Under the pieces are notes generated by a model. That model was not told where the DNA came from and ran no database searches. It saw nothing but the letters and a program-made list of their open reading frames with translations. From contig CM060732.1 of assembly GCA_030704615.1 (NCBI GenBank), positions 5,766,001 to 5,830,000 of the forward strand: a DNA stretch of 64,000 bases, written 5' to 3'. The stretch is from Takakia lepidozioides (Eukaryota; Plantae; Bryophyta). Made by a program: the position numbers and the translations under genes. This document shows, in pieces, positions 31,736 to 45,334 of this stretch (position 1 is its first letter; each line of letters begins with the position of its first letter).

Positions 31736-34192
31736 GACAGCCTAAACCCTATCTACATATGATGCATGTACATGTGACGCAAGCACAGGAACAAAGAGGA
31801 AGGAAGTGCGGGAATATGGTGCAGACATGAGAGAGGTTATATATGTGTTAGCTCTTGGAGCTTTTGGCGTGCCGGGCTTCGCGTTAACATGCACATTTAT
31901 GTAAAATTGGGTTGAACACCCGTCTCTACTCTACTCTCCAAGTACAAAGTCGGTCACTCTGTCCCAGGGAATACAGGCCGTGCGGACCCGCACTTGAGAG
32001 CCCATGTATCCAAAGCGACTCTCGTTCTTCCAATAAAGATCTTTGCAGGAAAATGGCCCATCATTTGGTGTTTGAAGACATTCTCGCAGTGGACGTATAA
32101 GAAAGCTTTCTGGTTGGGCATCGATGGCCGCTGCCATATACACTACAGTACCCCTTGGCGCACTCGAAAGCACCTGCAATACGACCTGCAAAAGTGGAAG
32201 CGAAGAATGAGAGCACTCACGTTCTTGGCAGGAGGGAAGCGCGTTGGCATGAACAGACCAGAGGGAGGAAAAGATCGATGAAATAGTCTTCGCCCACGAT
32301 TGGCGGCCGCTGCCATGCCCTAAATCCGGGCGGCTAAGATAGCAACGCGGCTTCACGGTCAGATGGGCGCCACGTCATCTAGGGTGCGTTTGGGTCTGCC
32401 GGATCGGGCTGCTCTGCGGGCTGACCCAACAGACCCATGCGGGGAAGACCCAGCTTCAGCAGACCCAGACCCAGACCGGGTAGACCCAGTGGGGACCCGA
32501 TGGTGGACGGAGCCAGCGGCGACCACGGGCGGGCTGGGCCGCGGTCCGGGGACCGCGGGTGACTGCGGGGTCACCCGCGGCTTACGACCGGTAGCATGGA
32601 TGCAGGTCGGGGTGGGTGGGGCAGGGGGCGGGCGATCCCGCGTCCGCGCGCGTCCTGTCTCCACGTGAGACATAAACTCCCAAAAATGAGAGGCCATTTT
32701 CTGGTTCGTGGTCCCTACTAGACTTTCTCTTACATTTTTGGAAGCCTATGCGTAGGCAACTTGCTTCTCGGATTGTCGAGTCTGGTGGAACAGAGTATGT
32801 ATTGCTAAGTTGGGCATAACAGTCTTGGCATGTTCCTGCATTTTTCACACTTACGTACTTGGCTGCTTCCTTCCCGCGCTGTAGAGTATGTTCATTCACT
32901 TGCCAGATTGCTGTGGCAATCATAAGTCTCTCGGCCACGTAAAAGCAGGCCTCTCTTGTGGGTACCATGATCCTCCTACAGTAGTAGTATTGGGCTTTTC
33001 TGTGTTGATTGCTGTGGAACTAGGTGCCCCTGGAGTGTCCCTAATAATCATCCACACTTGCTGTTCAGATGGAGACATCAAATTTTTTCACGACCCTGGT
33101 TTTAACACTAAGGTTGCCATTCAAAATAGTTGTGGAAGTGAACACTTTGCTTATGACTTCACGTTGCACATGGATCAAGAGAATTATGAATAGGTTGCGC
33201 TTCAACTTTCATAGCTCTGGAAGAGGCCCCCAAGTCATTTTTTATCAGGTGAGTAGTGTGCTAGGAGGCTGCGACAGCCCCATCCCAGGAAAGCTCGCAG
33301 TGAACAGGAAGGGACAATCTGCAAGAAGGGCTTGAAAAAATATTCGGAAATCAATGGTAGGAAGATCCTAACCATCAAGTGAACGTAGTGAATTCAGTCC
33401 TAACTTTAGAATCCTTTCAGCAAATCATTGAGCTATGCAATAAGACGAGGACGGCTACAAGCACGCTGGTCTTCCTTGCTATAGCTCCCCTGCTTACCGC
33501 GAAGCAGGGCTCTACTACAATCCCATTGCCACGCATGGGTTACAGATTTTCCCCTTGCAGTAAGAGAACTGGCAGAGAAGAGCTGGTCTGTGTCCCCTGC
33601 CCTGTGTGCCTGTCCATCTCTCCCGTCCTCACCTTAACGTAGGAAATCTAGCCCTATTCCCTTGCACAGTCAAACCTCTGCTTCTCCTCATCCTCTCGGT
33701 TTTCGGCAAATTACAGTGTTCCTTGCCAAGATTCTCCGTGTCTAAAATTGGGCCAAATTTATGTGCAACAAGTGCAATATGTCATTTCCGTAACATTGAA
33801 CTGTACAAGCTGTTGGAGACATTCCTGCCTACCCTTAAATCCACTCCACCATACTACGAGCTTTAGTCGAACCTTACAGGGCTACAGCCATGAAGTCTCT
33901 CACAGACAACAGCCCAGCAATGAACAAATCCTGTCCAAAGAAGAGTTCTCGTCATCGACATGGAACTGCACACTTTTGTGAGAGCACTTACAAAGACTTC
34001 GTTTTCTTTGGCTTTGCCAACGAGTCACTGAAGATTCAATAGTGAACGCAAAGCTCTTTGCAAGAAGTCATCAAACAGTCAAAGATTTCCTTGTCCGTGG
34101 TTGGGATTCCCCTTACCTACGGTTGGTATGTGGAATGACCACAACCTGTAGCTTGCTAATTGATTCCAAATCAAGCATTCTTGATGGCAACA

Positions 34193-34438
34193 TCACCACC
34201 ATCCATAGCGGACTTCAATGTACTTGGCTTTGAGCCACCGAAAGCTATTTCTGACGGATGACTTCACTTTCCCTTCCATTGTAAACACCTTGTAGGTAGC
34301 AACACGCTTCTTCCGCATCACTTCAGGGTCAGTATGTAAACCCCAGGATCGTGACTTCTTGCTTTTATTGTAACCCTTGTAGTAGTAAGCATAACCATTT
34401 CTGCCCGCAAACTGATCGTTGCGACGATCGACAGCCAT
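34193..34438 (-). CDS. DUF3511-family small plant protein (81 aa), apparently intact host gene
   Basis: SWGLHTDPEVMRKKRVATYKVFTMEGKVKSSVRNSFRWLKAKYIEVRYGWW matches the DUF3511 consensus (DPE..RK+RVA.YK....EGK.K.S.R..FRW.K). ATG at 34438. Confidence 0.9.
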   Translation of the reverse strand: MAVDRRNDQFAGRNGYAYYYKGYNKSKKSRSWGLHTDPEVMRKKRVATYKVFTMEGKVKSSVRNSFRWLKAKYIEVRYGWW

Positions 34439-35095
34439 CCTCCAACTGCTTCCTCGCTTGCACTGTTCTCCCACTGACACAATATGTCAGCGCACTGCTG
34501 TAGTCAGTAACAACACCACTCCAACATCTTGCTTCACGTGGTGCTATACCTGGGAGAATGACGGAGAGAGGGCGACGTCAAGCCCTTCAGTGCATACAAG
34601 CACAGGCGGACTGGCTCCGCGACATGGGAGTGTATGGGGAGGAAGAGGGCAATAGGGCATTGACAGTGGGACCTCTACATGCTTCGGAGGAGCAAACAAG
34701 AGATTTATCTACCGTACCAAAAATGCACCACAAGTCTCTGCACGCCCTTCACCATTGTACATGTTGTAAATAAAGTCTTACAGGGTTTCATCATCTTCAA
34801 TCAGCATTAAAGATTAGTAGTCAATCTTTCTGCATCATTTCCTCCAGCAGAATCGGAGCTCCATGACTTGCCATGCTGTATATGCGTACAGTGGGGTCGA
34901 GCCTTTAGCTTGTCCCCATTGAATGCGATCTATGACATCCTCTCATTCATTGGACTCTTATCTCTAGCTGAGTAGCTTACTATAGCTTTTTGTTTTCTTC
35001 TCTTGTTTCTTGTCCCTCCCCCCCCTTTTTGGGGACTTCTCATCCTATGCACGTTCACCCATTGTACATGTTGTAAATAAAGTCTTCCAGGGTTT

Positions 35096-35121
35096 CATCA
35101 TCATCATCATCATCATCATCA
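35096..35121. repeat. (CAT)n microsatellite
   Basis: Direct reading. Confidence 0.9.
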
Positions 35122-36354
35122 CTCTTATCTAACTCAACCCTCCCATTTAGCCATGCATTAATTTCCGCCCACCCTGTGCTGGTCACTGTGCTCAGGTACT
35201 TACCATATAAATCCCTTGAAAATGCGAGCTTTCACATGGAACAGTTGAATACTTTTCTTTGATCGTGGTTCACAGGAGCGAACCCAGTCATATCACAGAC
35301 TTGTATGTATAGGAAAAGCATGCACTGTGTATGTCTTGCCTGCAGGTGCATAGGGAATTCCAAATAGGCCTTGATGTGAAATGCAGCGCAATTCACTTGA
35401 TCAGATGCCAATTCAATTGAATTGCGATGCCAATTCAATTGAACTAACCCTAATTTGCAATTCAATTGAATTGTAATCTATAAATTTTAACGCAGTTTTG
35501 TATATAATATATATAATATATTATCATTTGTATGTATATGTATATGTATCGTATACACATATACATACGAGAGTATAAGATGAATATACATGCTGGCCCG
35601 TCTATTCCTGCTGCCCGTCCATCCTTTGCTTGTGGTAAGGCCTAAGTCACGACATGAGTCGCGTACCCTAAAGGAGAGATATATACTACACATATATACT
35701 AGTAGAGGTATCGTCATTAGGTTGTAGCCTTGTTTGATATATCTACAGAGGTATAGTATTTCATTTTACAAGAAAAGTTGGCCAAATTAATCTATATTTA
35801 TGCGGAGGTATCGTCATGAGACAGTAGCCCTGTTTAGTATACCACCAGAGGTATAGCGCATGACTTACAAAGAAACCTGGTCAAATCAGCCTATATGCAG
35901 GTTGAGGTATCGTTATGAGGTAGTTGCCCTGTTTAGTATACCTACAGAGGGATTGGCAACGTACGCATTCTTATCTCTGTTTTTATCCCAGTCCTCGCTT
36001 GTTAGATTCTACAGTTGTTCATCGCGTAGCACTTGGCTACATGATGTCTATTGTTTCTGGTTTACTCAATAAGAAGAGTGGGATAGAAATGTCAAGTGAG
36101 TTTTTCATGGTACATGTCATGGTTGGGTGGACAGGAAGAGGCCAAGGAAGAGGCAGCAGCAGAGCTGACACATTTGGTAAGGCAACCGTGTCCATCCTGA
36201 GTATGAATGATGCTGCACCCTCGGAAATACAAGATGCTTCAAGTAAGTTCAAAGAGCTTTCTTCTCTTTCTGGTATGTTGGATATGTATGCGGAGGACAA
36301 CTAATATCACCTTAGGTGCCAAGGCAGAAACAAACAACCAAACCCTATTTCATT

Positions 36355-36358
<4 letters not shown>

Positions 36359-36419
<61 letters not shown>
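36359..36419. repeat. (CT)n microsatellite
   Basis: Direct reading, ~30 units. Confidence 0.95.
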
Positions 36420-36422
<3 letters not shown>

Positions 36423-36749
36423 TTTCTCCCTGTCCTCTAGGAATCCTATTGACATTGGGTGGACTTGAAACGGGAGTACATTAATATCTCTGTCACTAAA
36501 TGCCGGCCTTCTGACCTCGTGTCCTTGTTTGTTTCGACCTTAAGCGTTTTGCTTCAGGTAAGGTAGTGCATTGGATTTAGTTGGAAAGCTTGGGGCCTTT
36601 CCCTCTTTAGAATATGCCTACACGGGCCATTCCCTGCAACTCCCTGGAGTGTGATCTCTGAATGGTAACAAGCGGACTCCTACCGCTTGGGGGCAGCTCC
36701 TCCGCCCAAATTGGGCAGTCGTATGCTCTGTCTAGCATACTCGGCACTT

Positions 36750-37220
36750 GGGCTCGGGTTGGTTCCTGTGCTTAAACTTATGGCCTGCGAAAACAATCAA
36801 AAATTTAGCTCCTATCAACATCAACACTCCTCAGGGTGATCCCTCACAAGTGGTTACTTATGCCAAATCTAGGGCTTCATGTGTAGTTTTTGGGGTGAAT
36901 CCCAGGATGGACGATGTGTCCTTTAAAACTACATGCTCTACCTTAGGCTTGGATTTCATGGTTAATGGTACCATCTCAAGACTTGATAACAGGGGTATGT
37001 TGAAGGTTGCAATGACCAAAAGTGCTTCTAATAGAGTCCCGCATCAATTCAATCTCAAAGAAGTTCGTTCGTGATTTCTTGTTTGACAATTGTGAAATTA
37101 TCAACAAGGGTTTGAGGTACGAGCATAGTATCTGGCTAAAACTGAATTTGAAGGGCGGCATGAGTACTCTGCTGGACCTCTTTGTCCGTTGTGTTTACAT
37201 GCCCACAAAGGGGACCCTGT
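36750..37220 (+). mobile_element. LINE 5' fragment (ORF1-like plus APE endonuclease piece)
   Basis: EHSIWLKLNL...DLFVRCVYMP resembles the APE endonuclease IWxK..VYxP segment. It is followed by a (GAG)n acidic tract at 37307-37342. Confidence 0.4.
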
Positions 37221-37811
37221 GTGCAAACACGGAGGATGAAGAAGGGACAAACAATGATGGAGGAGATGAGGGAGAGGAGGAAGAAACAGATGACGACGAT
37301 GCAGATGAGGAGGAGGAGGAGGAGGAGGAGGAGGAGGAGGAGCATGATGATGATGAAGAGGAAGGAATGTACAACAAATCGAATCAGGGCCTCTTTTTTG
37401 GCTACCTTCACCTTGTAAGTATGGAGAAAATTCTGAGACTGATTTGTGTGTTTCTTCTTACTCTCTTTTTGACATTCTAGTTGCCTAAGAAAAGTGCCCA
37501 AATAATGGTACAAAGATACGGACTACACTACTCCATTGTAGGGAGGCTATGTCGCTATTGTCCTACCAAGAGGAATGTGGTTTGCAGGCTGTGTAGGCGC
37601 CGGGTGGTTTTCCTAGCCTCAAGTATAGCTCCCAGGAACCTTTGCTAAATGGGTGCATACAACATAAAAGTTGTAGGCCGAGGCTATGTACATATTTTGA
37701 GGCTGTGGATACAGTGACTGCTTTAGGATTAAGCATGTAAATGGGTACATTGAGAGTCCAATTCACTTACTCTTTGGCCATGTTGCTGATCTGGTGCTTG
37801 TGCATTTGTAG

Positions 37812-37931
37812 GATTTTAAGCAGAAGTATCCAGACGTGATTGTGCCAAACCCACTAGAAGCCATTCAACAGCTGCGAAACAGGCAGTCGATGCTTCAGGA
37901 TGTGGCCGATCTAGACCTTTGTGACTATGTG
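37812..37931 (+). pseudogene. ITPK: Isolated captured exon of inositol-tetrakisphosphate 1-kinase
   Basis: TTGTAG|DFKQKYPDVIVPNPLEAIQQLRNRQSMLQDVADLDLCD. NRQSMLQDVADL is characteristic of plant ITPKs. No other ITPK exons were recognised. Confidence 0.75.
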
Positions 37932-40589
37932 GTTGGTTTTAGGCCAGTACACAGTGCCTTCAACCAGCTCTTATATCTATTTGACCTGGAGTTTCGGTTT
38001 AGGGGCATCAATTTAATCAATTTTACTCACACTGAGAACCAAATTTTGAGTAACCAGTCATATTGTAGACTTAAGTTAATTTAAATCTCAGTGATTGAGT
38101 GAGTGAGTCCACGGCAATGCCTGGATACATGAGAAGTTAACCTGCATTTTGTTGTTTTCCATTTCTTGCAACTTTTGGAATTTGAATATGGTCCTGGACG
38201 ACCATCCGATCTGCTTCCTTCTTTTCATAGCCCCGTGTTTTCATTTTGCTCGTGTTCTTTGCAATCTGAGTATCCCGCAACAAAGAGGAAGATTTAAAGA
38301 ACTTAGTTGATGAATTATGTTCTGCATGATTCCCACATCTGAGGAACAACGGAATCACCAGTCATGAAGCAGGTTAGAGGTCTGCTACAAGTGGTCACTT
38401 GCGTATGGGCTAATATGGACTTGGTAGTGATCTTCCTGTGCAGACCGTTGTCCATGTGCTTTTCAATCAATCTGCGGTTCCAGTACAAAAGAATGTAGAG
38501 GTATTGACCACAAGAGGAAGCAATATAACTTGGCATAGGGGCTGATATGGACTTGACATTGATCTTCCATGTGCACACCTCTCTCCATGTGCTGCTCATC
38601 CACCACTCTACCCACTGCCTGCGTATCGCTGGTTTGACTAAGTGACTGGTCACTAGATCACCAGTCACACCTTCATAGGAGTGGGCATGTGGCTTGCAAG
38701 TGTTGGGCTGCCAATAACAAACCCACTACAACGTTGCACTACAACCATAATCTCATCACTATTGTAGAACTTAGCATTCATGCTCTCGATTCCCACTCCA
38801 GCCTTTCAAATTCCTCAACTTCCATTCAGCATCCCATGAACCCCACATGCAGCCCGAGTGTTATTACAAGCACGTTATGTGCTTTGGTAAATACTATTGT
38901 TGGAATGAGGCAAAGCCCTCAAACCTTGGCCAAATGTTTATGCAAACCTCCTTAAACTGCTTGTGAGCTAAATGGGTTTGATGTGCATGCCAGGGCTAGC
39001 TCCATCTCATTTTTTGGGGGACCCTTTGGGAGACAGATGGCTTACTCAGAAGTGCTTCAGCTTCCTCTGATTCACTGGCAAAAGATATATGGCTACCTCT
39101 GAAAGAAACAAACAATTTCAAACCTCACAATTGATGAATGGCTTCCCCTGCATCATCATGTACTCCCCTGGCACTAGTATCTGGCCCCCATGACACAACC
39201 CCAGAGAAAACAAAAGACATGTTCATTTTGAGAATTATCTCCAATAATCTTGTTTCGATACCTTTGCAAAGGTATCATGTTGCAATTGGGATGTGTGTTC
39301 GATAGAGAGTTTAATATATCAACTCTTAGACGTTGATACTCTTACAGTGGTATCATGTTTGGTATATGTACATAGCCATATATTGGCACTATAAGGGCTT
39401 GGCAGTATGAAATTGGTTAGTGTCTCAAGGTGCAGATGAAACATGCTAACATATTTAGATTGTAAGCAACACCCACCAGTCAAACTCATCCTCAGAAGAG
39501 ATTGATACACAAAAATTTCTCAGGGTCGTTGGTGCGCAGGCTATCCTAAAATGTATTAGCAAACCACAGTACACAGTGTGGGCAGGTTGAAGACAAACCA
39601 TGTGATCAAGCTCTTTCTTTCAGTGTATGTGTTGAGGAGCGTTTGGTAACCCACTCTACTACCCCTAAAGTTCTCTCCTCAAACTCATGAGTCACCTGCA
39701 CGTACACAAGAACTACAGCTTTAGCTAAAATGATATCTTTATCAATGATTGGGGAAACTCATGCCAATATGGGAATGTGCTTACTCATGGGCAGATCTTG
39801 TCATTTGGTGATCCAAGAAGGCTTCCATCATACATAGCGCCACCACCACTCCACCACCGCTCAACCCTAAACTTGTTGTTGCATTCTTCTCTCGTTATTT
39901 CTCGTCCTCCAACTGATTTGATCCTTTCACTTTTAGGGCACCTCTGCCCTAAAAACCCTTCATCACTTCATTTCTCTCTCCCTTTCCCCTCTCGCTCTCT
40001 CTCTAGTATATATCTCTCCTTTAGGGTACGCGACTCATGTCGTGACTTAGGCCTTACCACAAGCAAAGGATGGACGGGCAGCAGGAATAGACGGGCCAGC
40101 ATGTATATTCATCTTATACTCTCGTATGTATATGTGTATACGATACATATACATATACATACACATGATAATATATTATATATATTATATACAAAACTGC
40201 GTTAAAAATTATAGATTACAATTCAATTGAATTGCAGTCAGCAATTCAATTGAATCGCCAGTTGGCAATTCAATTGAATTGCAAATTAGGGTTAGTTCAA
40301 TTGAATTGGCATCGCAATTCAATTGAATTGGCATCTGATCAAGTGAATTGGCATCTGATCAAGTGAATTGGCATCTGATCAAGTGAATTGCGCTGCATTT
40401 CACATCAAGGCCTATTTGGAATTCCCTAGGTGCAAGCTGAGTAAAAGTGAAAGTGACACACAATCATACGCAAGCTTGCTACCCACACACACTAACACAG
40501 CGTGACATGTAGAGGCACACCTACCGCCCTAATTTGGGATCCTCGTTGACCCGGCGCTGCATCACTGCAACATGCATCGCCACGTACCT

Positions 40590-42190
40590 GCAGGCCTAGC
40601 CTACCACTGGCCCACCACACCAGAAACCTCAACGAAAAACTTCACATGTTGTCCACGAACGCGGATGACTATCTTCCGACACAAACTGCTACGAAGAACA
40701 TCAAACTCTGGCATCAACCGTAAAAGGGCTATAGGGGCTGTTTTATCGAATTGTAAAGCACTGCCACAAAATTTTCTTTATATGTATCGTGCCGTTAAAA
40801 AGCAGAATTCATCGCGGTGCATTCTGCATTTCGGAATGCACCGGACATTAATTTTTTCTTAAATTTTGTGGCAGTTCTTTATGCAGGGTAATGCCCCTCG
40901 TGTGGGGCATTCTCAGATTTGCGAGCCTTCCCCTGGGGCTACCGCCCTTGGCGTCATGCCCTTAAATCCGGGAATGCCCTCCACTCAGGGCATTACCCTA
41001 TACGTCATCTTCCTTTCCACATTGGAGGGGCCTCTTTCACCCTTCTCATGTACTCCGTACATAACACCATAGCCTCTTGCAATGTGTACCCCTCTGCCAT
41101 GCTACCCTAGGGATGTGCCCTTTGTCGCACGTGTGCCTTGAGGTCATTCATGTAACGCTCAAGATTAAAATACATCCACCGAGCATAGACCGACCCAGCA
41201 ATCTCCGCCTCTTCCACCAAGTGCACTACCAAATGCACTTGGATGTCAAAGAATGAAAGAGGAAGATGCTCGAACATACACAAGACCGTGGCCTCCTCCT
41301 CCTTCGTTCGTGCAAAATCCTCCTCCTCCATCTCTTTTGTGCAAAGCCAACGGAATAAATCACTAAGTCAATAGACGGCTTTCCGAATGCCCTCATGGAT
41401 TGTCCCTCGTATCGCAATGGGAAGGATGTCTTGTATAATGTTGTGGTAGTCACGAGACTTCAAACCATGCATAGTGGTGGCATCCTCGAACTTGCCCCGT
41501 AGAGATGCGCCATACCCGATCGGGGTCCGGATAGCTTGTATTGTGGTCCGTACTTGCTTGTATTCCTCGTTTGTCCAAGTCCAAGTTGGCACCCTATACT
41601 TCCACTTGGAAATATTGTTCATGTCCACACCATCTTCTTGAGGCCATAGTCGTGGCATACGATTTTGGGCTTGGAGCTCTCGTCTCACATCAAGGGAATC
41701 ACCGCCGCGTTTCTTCTTCTCCCCCGGTTAAGTTTTCCAGTACACGAATAAGGGACGAAATCATGAAATTTCCATATAATTTGTCATAAACCTTGAACTC
41801 GGAGCAATTTCATACGAATATGTCAGGACATTCAATGAAATATGTATGGTCCAATGCATTTCAGACTTGTACCTCCCAATAAGGCAACTCGTAGCAGATT
41901 GAGAGCCGAGACATGCCACACCTCGCGAGCGGGCGTCTTTTATCCACCACCTCTTGCCACCCGGACTTTCCAAAATGACCTAGGGGGACGCACGGGTGGA
42001 GGTCTCCTCTCCACGGTCCCATCAAAGAATTTCTTGCCTCTCGTTCTCCATGGATGGTCGAGATGAAGAAATTTCCGATAGTTGGATAGATCATTTTGGA
42101 GACGTGGATCAAATGCTTTGCATCAAGGTTATCCGGCCCACATCATGAACTTCCCGCGTACCCATTTGTGCTTAGTCCCAAACAAATTGA
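40590..42190 (-). pseudogene. Degraded Tnp2-type transposase of a second CACTA family
   Basis: CYELPYWEV, TPIGYG..HGLKSRDYH..QDILPIAIRG, LPLSFFDIQVHLVVHLVEE..RWMY..ERYM..HP*GSMAEGY. Confidence 0.85.
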
Positions 42191-42678
42191 AAGCCCTCCA
42201 CAAAACCATGAATTTAATTGGTATTTAACATTGTGCGCCTCGTATAATTTCAATGAACCGAGCGTAAACATGAATTGCTAAAGAAAAATCATGATGAGTA
42301 CATACAAACACACGATATACATTACAATATATATATTATAGGTAATATCAAATTAAATTGTACCTGGATAGTCATGCATTGTCCACAGCAAAAGCCCTTG
42401 CAAGAGAAAAGAACGTTGGCCAATGGGTGCCGATGCAACTCCATTCCAGAATATCTTGAGTTCGTCAACCAATGGACGCATATACACATCCATATCCTTC
42501 GCTTGTTTTTTTCCCTACAACATAAATTATTTACAATATATATCAGATCGTTCAAAATTCAAACAGAACAAATAATATTCCTAGTTCCATATATATTCGA
42601 CATTGTACTACCACGTACATCCTAAAGCAACAAAAAAGAGTTGTGTTATCACCTGACACAATGACGGCCAACATGATA

Positions 42679-44228
42679 CACTACAGGAAAAGGGGGGCCT
42701 TTGCGACGCCCAGGCCACGCCACGACGTCGGGAAAATGCCCATTTCAGGCACAGGGCAGGCGCCGTATTTGCGACGCCCGGCCGTCGTCCGGCAGTCGCA
42801 TGGGCGTCGCCAAAAAGACGTCGCAAAAATGCGACGTATGGAGGTCGCAAGCCCCCGCCCCAACTCCTGCGACTGCCGGACGTCGCTTTTTGGGCCGTCC
42901 ACGCCGATGGCAAGGGCCTCCTGCGAGCGTCGACTCGCCGTCGCTGCCCTCCAGCCGACGATATTGGTGGGGGCGACGGCGCGGCGTCGCATCCTTTTTT
43001 TTTTTCTAACCTGCCCGGGAGTCCCATCCTAAAACCCAAAAACACGTGGCGTAAGCCGGGTGGTACGCCAAGCGACGCCAGTCCGTCGCTGCAAGCGACT
43101 ATTGGGCGTGGCAAAAAAAAAAAACAGCAGGAGCTGGAGTCGGGCTCTGCGACGTCCGGGCGTAGGTTTCCGCGACGCTCTGACGTCGCTTTCTTTATAT
43201 TCAATCAAAAAATGAAAACACATGACGCAGACAGGGTGGTGGGATCCGCGACGTCAGGGCGTCGCGGCTTGCGACCTCCGGACCAAAAAAACACGTCACA
43301 AGGGGGGTCGGGCGTTGCTGCCTGCAAAAAGGATTTGCGACGCCCGGTCGTCACGGCTTGCGACCCCCGCCAAAAAAACACGTCGCCGATTCCGACGCCC
43401 TGCAGTCGCGAGGCCAGCCTGGTGGGGGGGGGGGTTTGGGGGTTGATTTTGGGGGTGAATTGGGGGTGGTTTTTGTTTTTTGTCTGGTTTTGTTTCGGGG
43501 GATGGGATACCTTACAGCTTCCATTTCTCTGATTTAGCAGGTACACAATTGAGCAAGCATGAATCAAGGGTGAGGATGGTGCGACACATGAATAAGATGG
43601 AAGATGGAAACATGGAAATATATTTACAAGAAATGAGCTAAAAAACTCACAAGGGTTCAATAGGCTGACCCTGGGACCTACATGGACTAGGACTAGTCAT
43701 CCTCATCCTCATCCTCAGTGGAGAACTTAGAGCTATCCGATGAGCCTGATGACTCCTCGCCCTTTGTCAGAGCACCTAAAGGAGGTGGCGTTCCCCTAAG
43801 TCCCACAGAGCTCTCATCCAATCCCTGGCCATGACCCCCGCCCTCATCCATACTAGTGCCCTGTAGTGCACTCATCCCCTCCGTGTTGGCCATCTTCTTC
43901 ATGAGGGATTGCCAACCATGCTCCTTGGCGTAGTTGTACTCTACCGGAGATGGCTTCCTCTCAAACGCGCGTTGCTACACATGCCACAAATTAAAGTCAG
44001 TTCTTCACGATGATGGAGCCAGAAAGAAGACATAACAAAATACATAGGGAAGTATGACTTACAAATTGCAAGATAAAACCCTTGGATCCGTCGGCGCCCC
44101 ACTTGTCTGTGGATTCGTGCTTGTCAAAGCGGACTGTTGTTGCTTTGCGTGCCTGCTCAAATTTGGCCTTGTTTGCCGCATCATTCTCTCCCGCAATGAG
44201 TGCATCCCATGATATCTATGCACCCCCC
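42679..44228. mobile_element. Terminal segment of a third CACTA element, with a subterminal GCGACG/CGTCGC array and accessory-gene 3' exons, interrupted by copy 2
   Basis: CACTACAGGAAAA at 42679. Many GCGACG/CGTCGC motifs at 42700-43410. Minus-strand exon WDALIAGENDAANKAKFEQARK..KWGADG..F|GTAAGT (44060-44215) and a final exon ending at 43693. Confidence 0.75.
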
Positions 44229-45334
44229 CACTACAAACATTCGTGTCATTTACCATTGGGGTAACGACTCATTTTGAGTCGTAAAAGTAAAAAAATAGGG
44301 ATCGGCTGGAAGTTACAACAGACCAGTTACAACAGACGTGGTAGTTGGGTTGGACATCCAATGATTGGAGTGGTAAAGGACGTAGACGCGCGAACAACTG
44401 CTCAGCGATTAATGCGATTAATGATGAAGAAACACGTGGCGTAACCAGGCGGGCCGCCCGTGTGTCTGATGTTTTGAGCTGACTTTGACTTTTCCCTCCG
44501 GATGAGTGGACTGACTCATGCGGACGTGGATGCCGATGTGGCGGCGCCGCGACGAGCGGTAATGCCGCCGCGTGGCCACGGGCTCAAGACGCCACATCGC
44601 AATCGGCCACATAACTTGGGGTGCTGCATGTCACGTGGCAACAGCCACTGGCGAAGTCGACTGCACAACTGCCGGCAGACGAATCCACGGGGACCACGTG
44701 GAGAGTGTGTGGGTCGACGCGTGGCGTCGTCCCCACGCAATGGCAGTGAGGGGTACGACTCCTAGTGGAAAGACGCAGAGTGCTTGTGCCATCTCGGGAC
44801 TGCTTTGGCCAACTCCGCTGCCACTATGCTAGTTGATTGCACTACAGTAGGAAAGCACTGCAAATGAGCACTTGTAGTGGTTTGTGTGAGTTGTCCAACT
44901 GACTTGCATTCTAAGCTGAAAATATGGTTCTGATGCATTCTACTGGTTTTAGTGGTTCACCCATATGCAGGGGGAATTGAGAAGCAATGATACTGGGCGA
45001 CACTCAGAACACAGACCACGATGCATGCACAACATCACGCTAATGAACCAAATAGACGAGGCAACAAGGAGACCAAAGACCATCACACATACACATAGAA
45101 GGTGGACGGACACGACGACAAGTCAGGAAATGGAATATTGCATTCAAATTGGAGACCGTCACGGCACACCTGCATATGAGCAAGACTAAATGCCAACATA
45201 CATGGTTGCCGGACATCACTTAAACTGTCATGGCCCAAATGTACAAAACTGGTAACGTGAGTATCATACACACTTCTATGAGTATCATTACACACCCAAC
45301 AGGGACTACAAACATGAAATGTCACTTGATACCT

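Larger units (their letters stand above)
35351..40428. mobile_element. Non-autonomous Pack-type TIR element (5.08 kb): long TIRs, TAGGG...CCCTA ends, 6-bp TSD
   Basis: 35351-35688 and 40004-40428 are near-perfect inverted repeats. GGTGCA flanks both ends (35345-35350 and 40429-40434). The interior holds unrelated gene fragments and no transposase. Confidence 0.85.

Noticed and set aside
31900-34100. Coding remnants, possibly a LINE C-terminus, and a GC-rich patch at 32280-32670
   Set aside because: Many stops in all frames tried and no diagnostic motif.
37022-37513. Acidic, poly-Leu and poly-Arg ORFs
   Set aside because: Products of a (GAG)n/(GAT)n tract.
35351-40428. Polinton/Maverick (6-bp TSD, long TIRs)
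   Set aside because: The termini are TAGGG/CCCTA rather than AG..CT, and no pPolB, integrase or capsid remnants were seen.
43859-43868. CTGTAGTG as the right end of the 42679 CACTA
   Set aside because: Short match inside an exon, no subterminal repeats, and the flank CAC does not match ATA.
23580-44228. Spacer as the interior of one giant element with 13-kb TIRs, or a foldback assembly artefact
   Set aside because: The arms end in CACTA termini facing the spacer, have different flanks and independent indels, and copy 1 has its own TSD.
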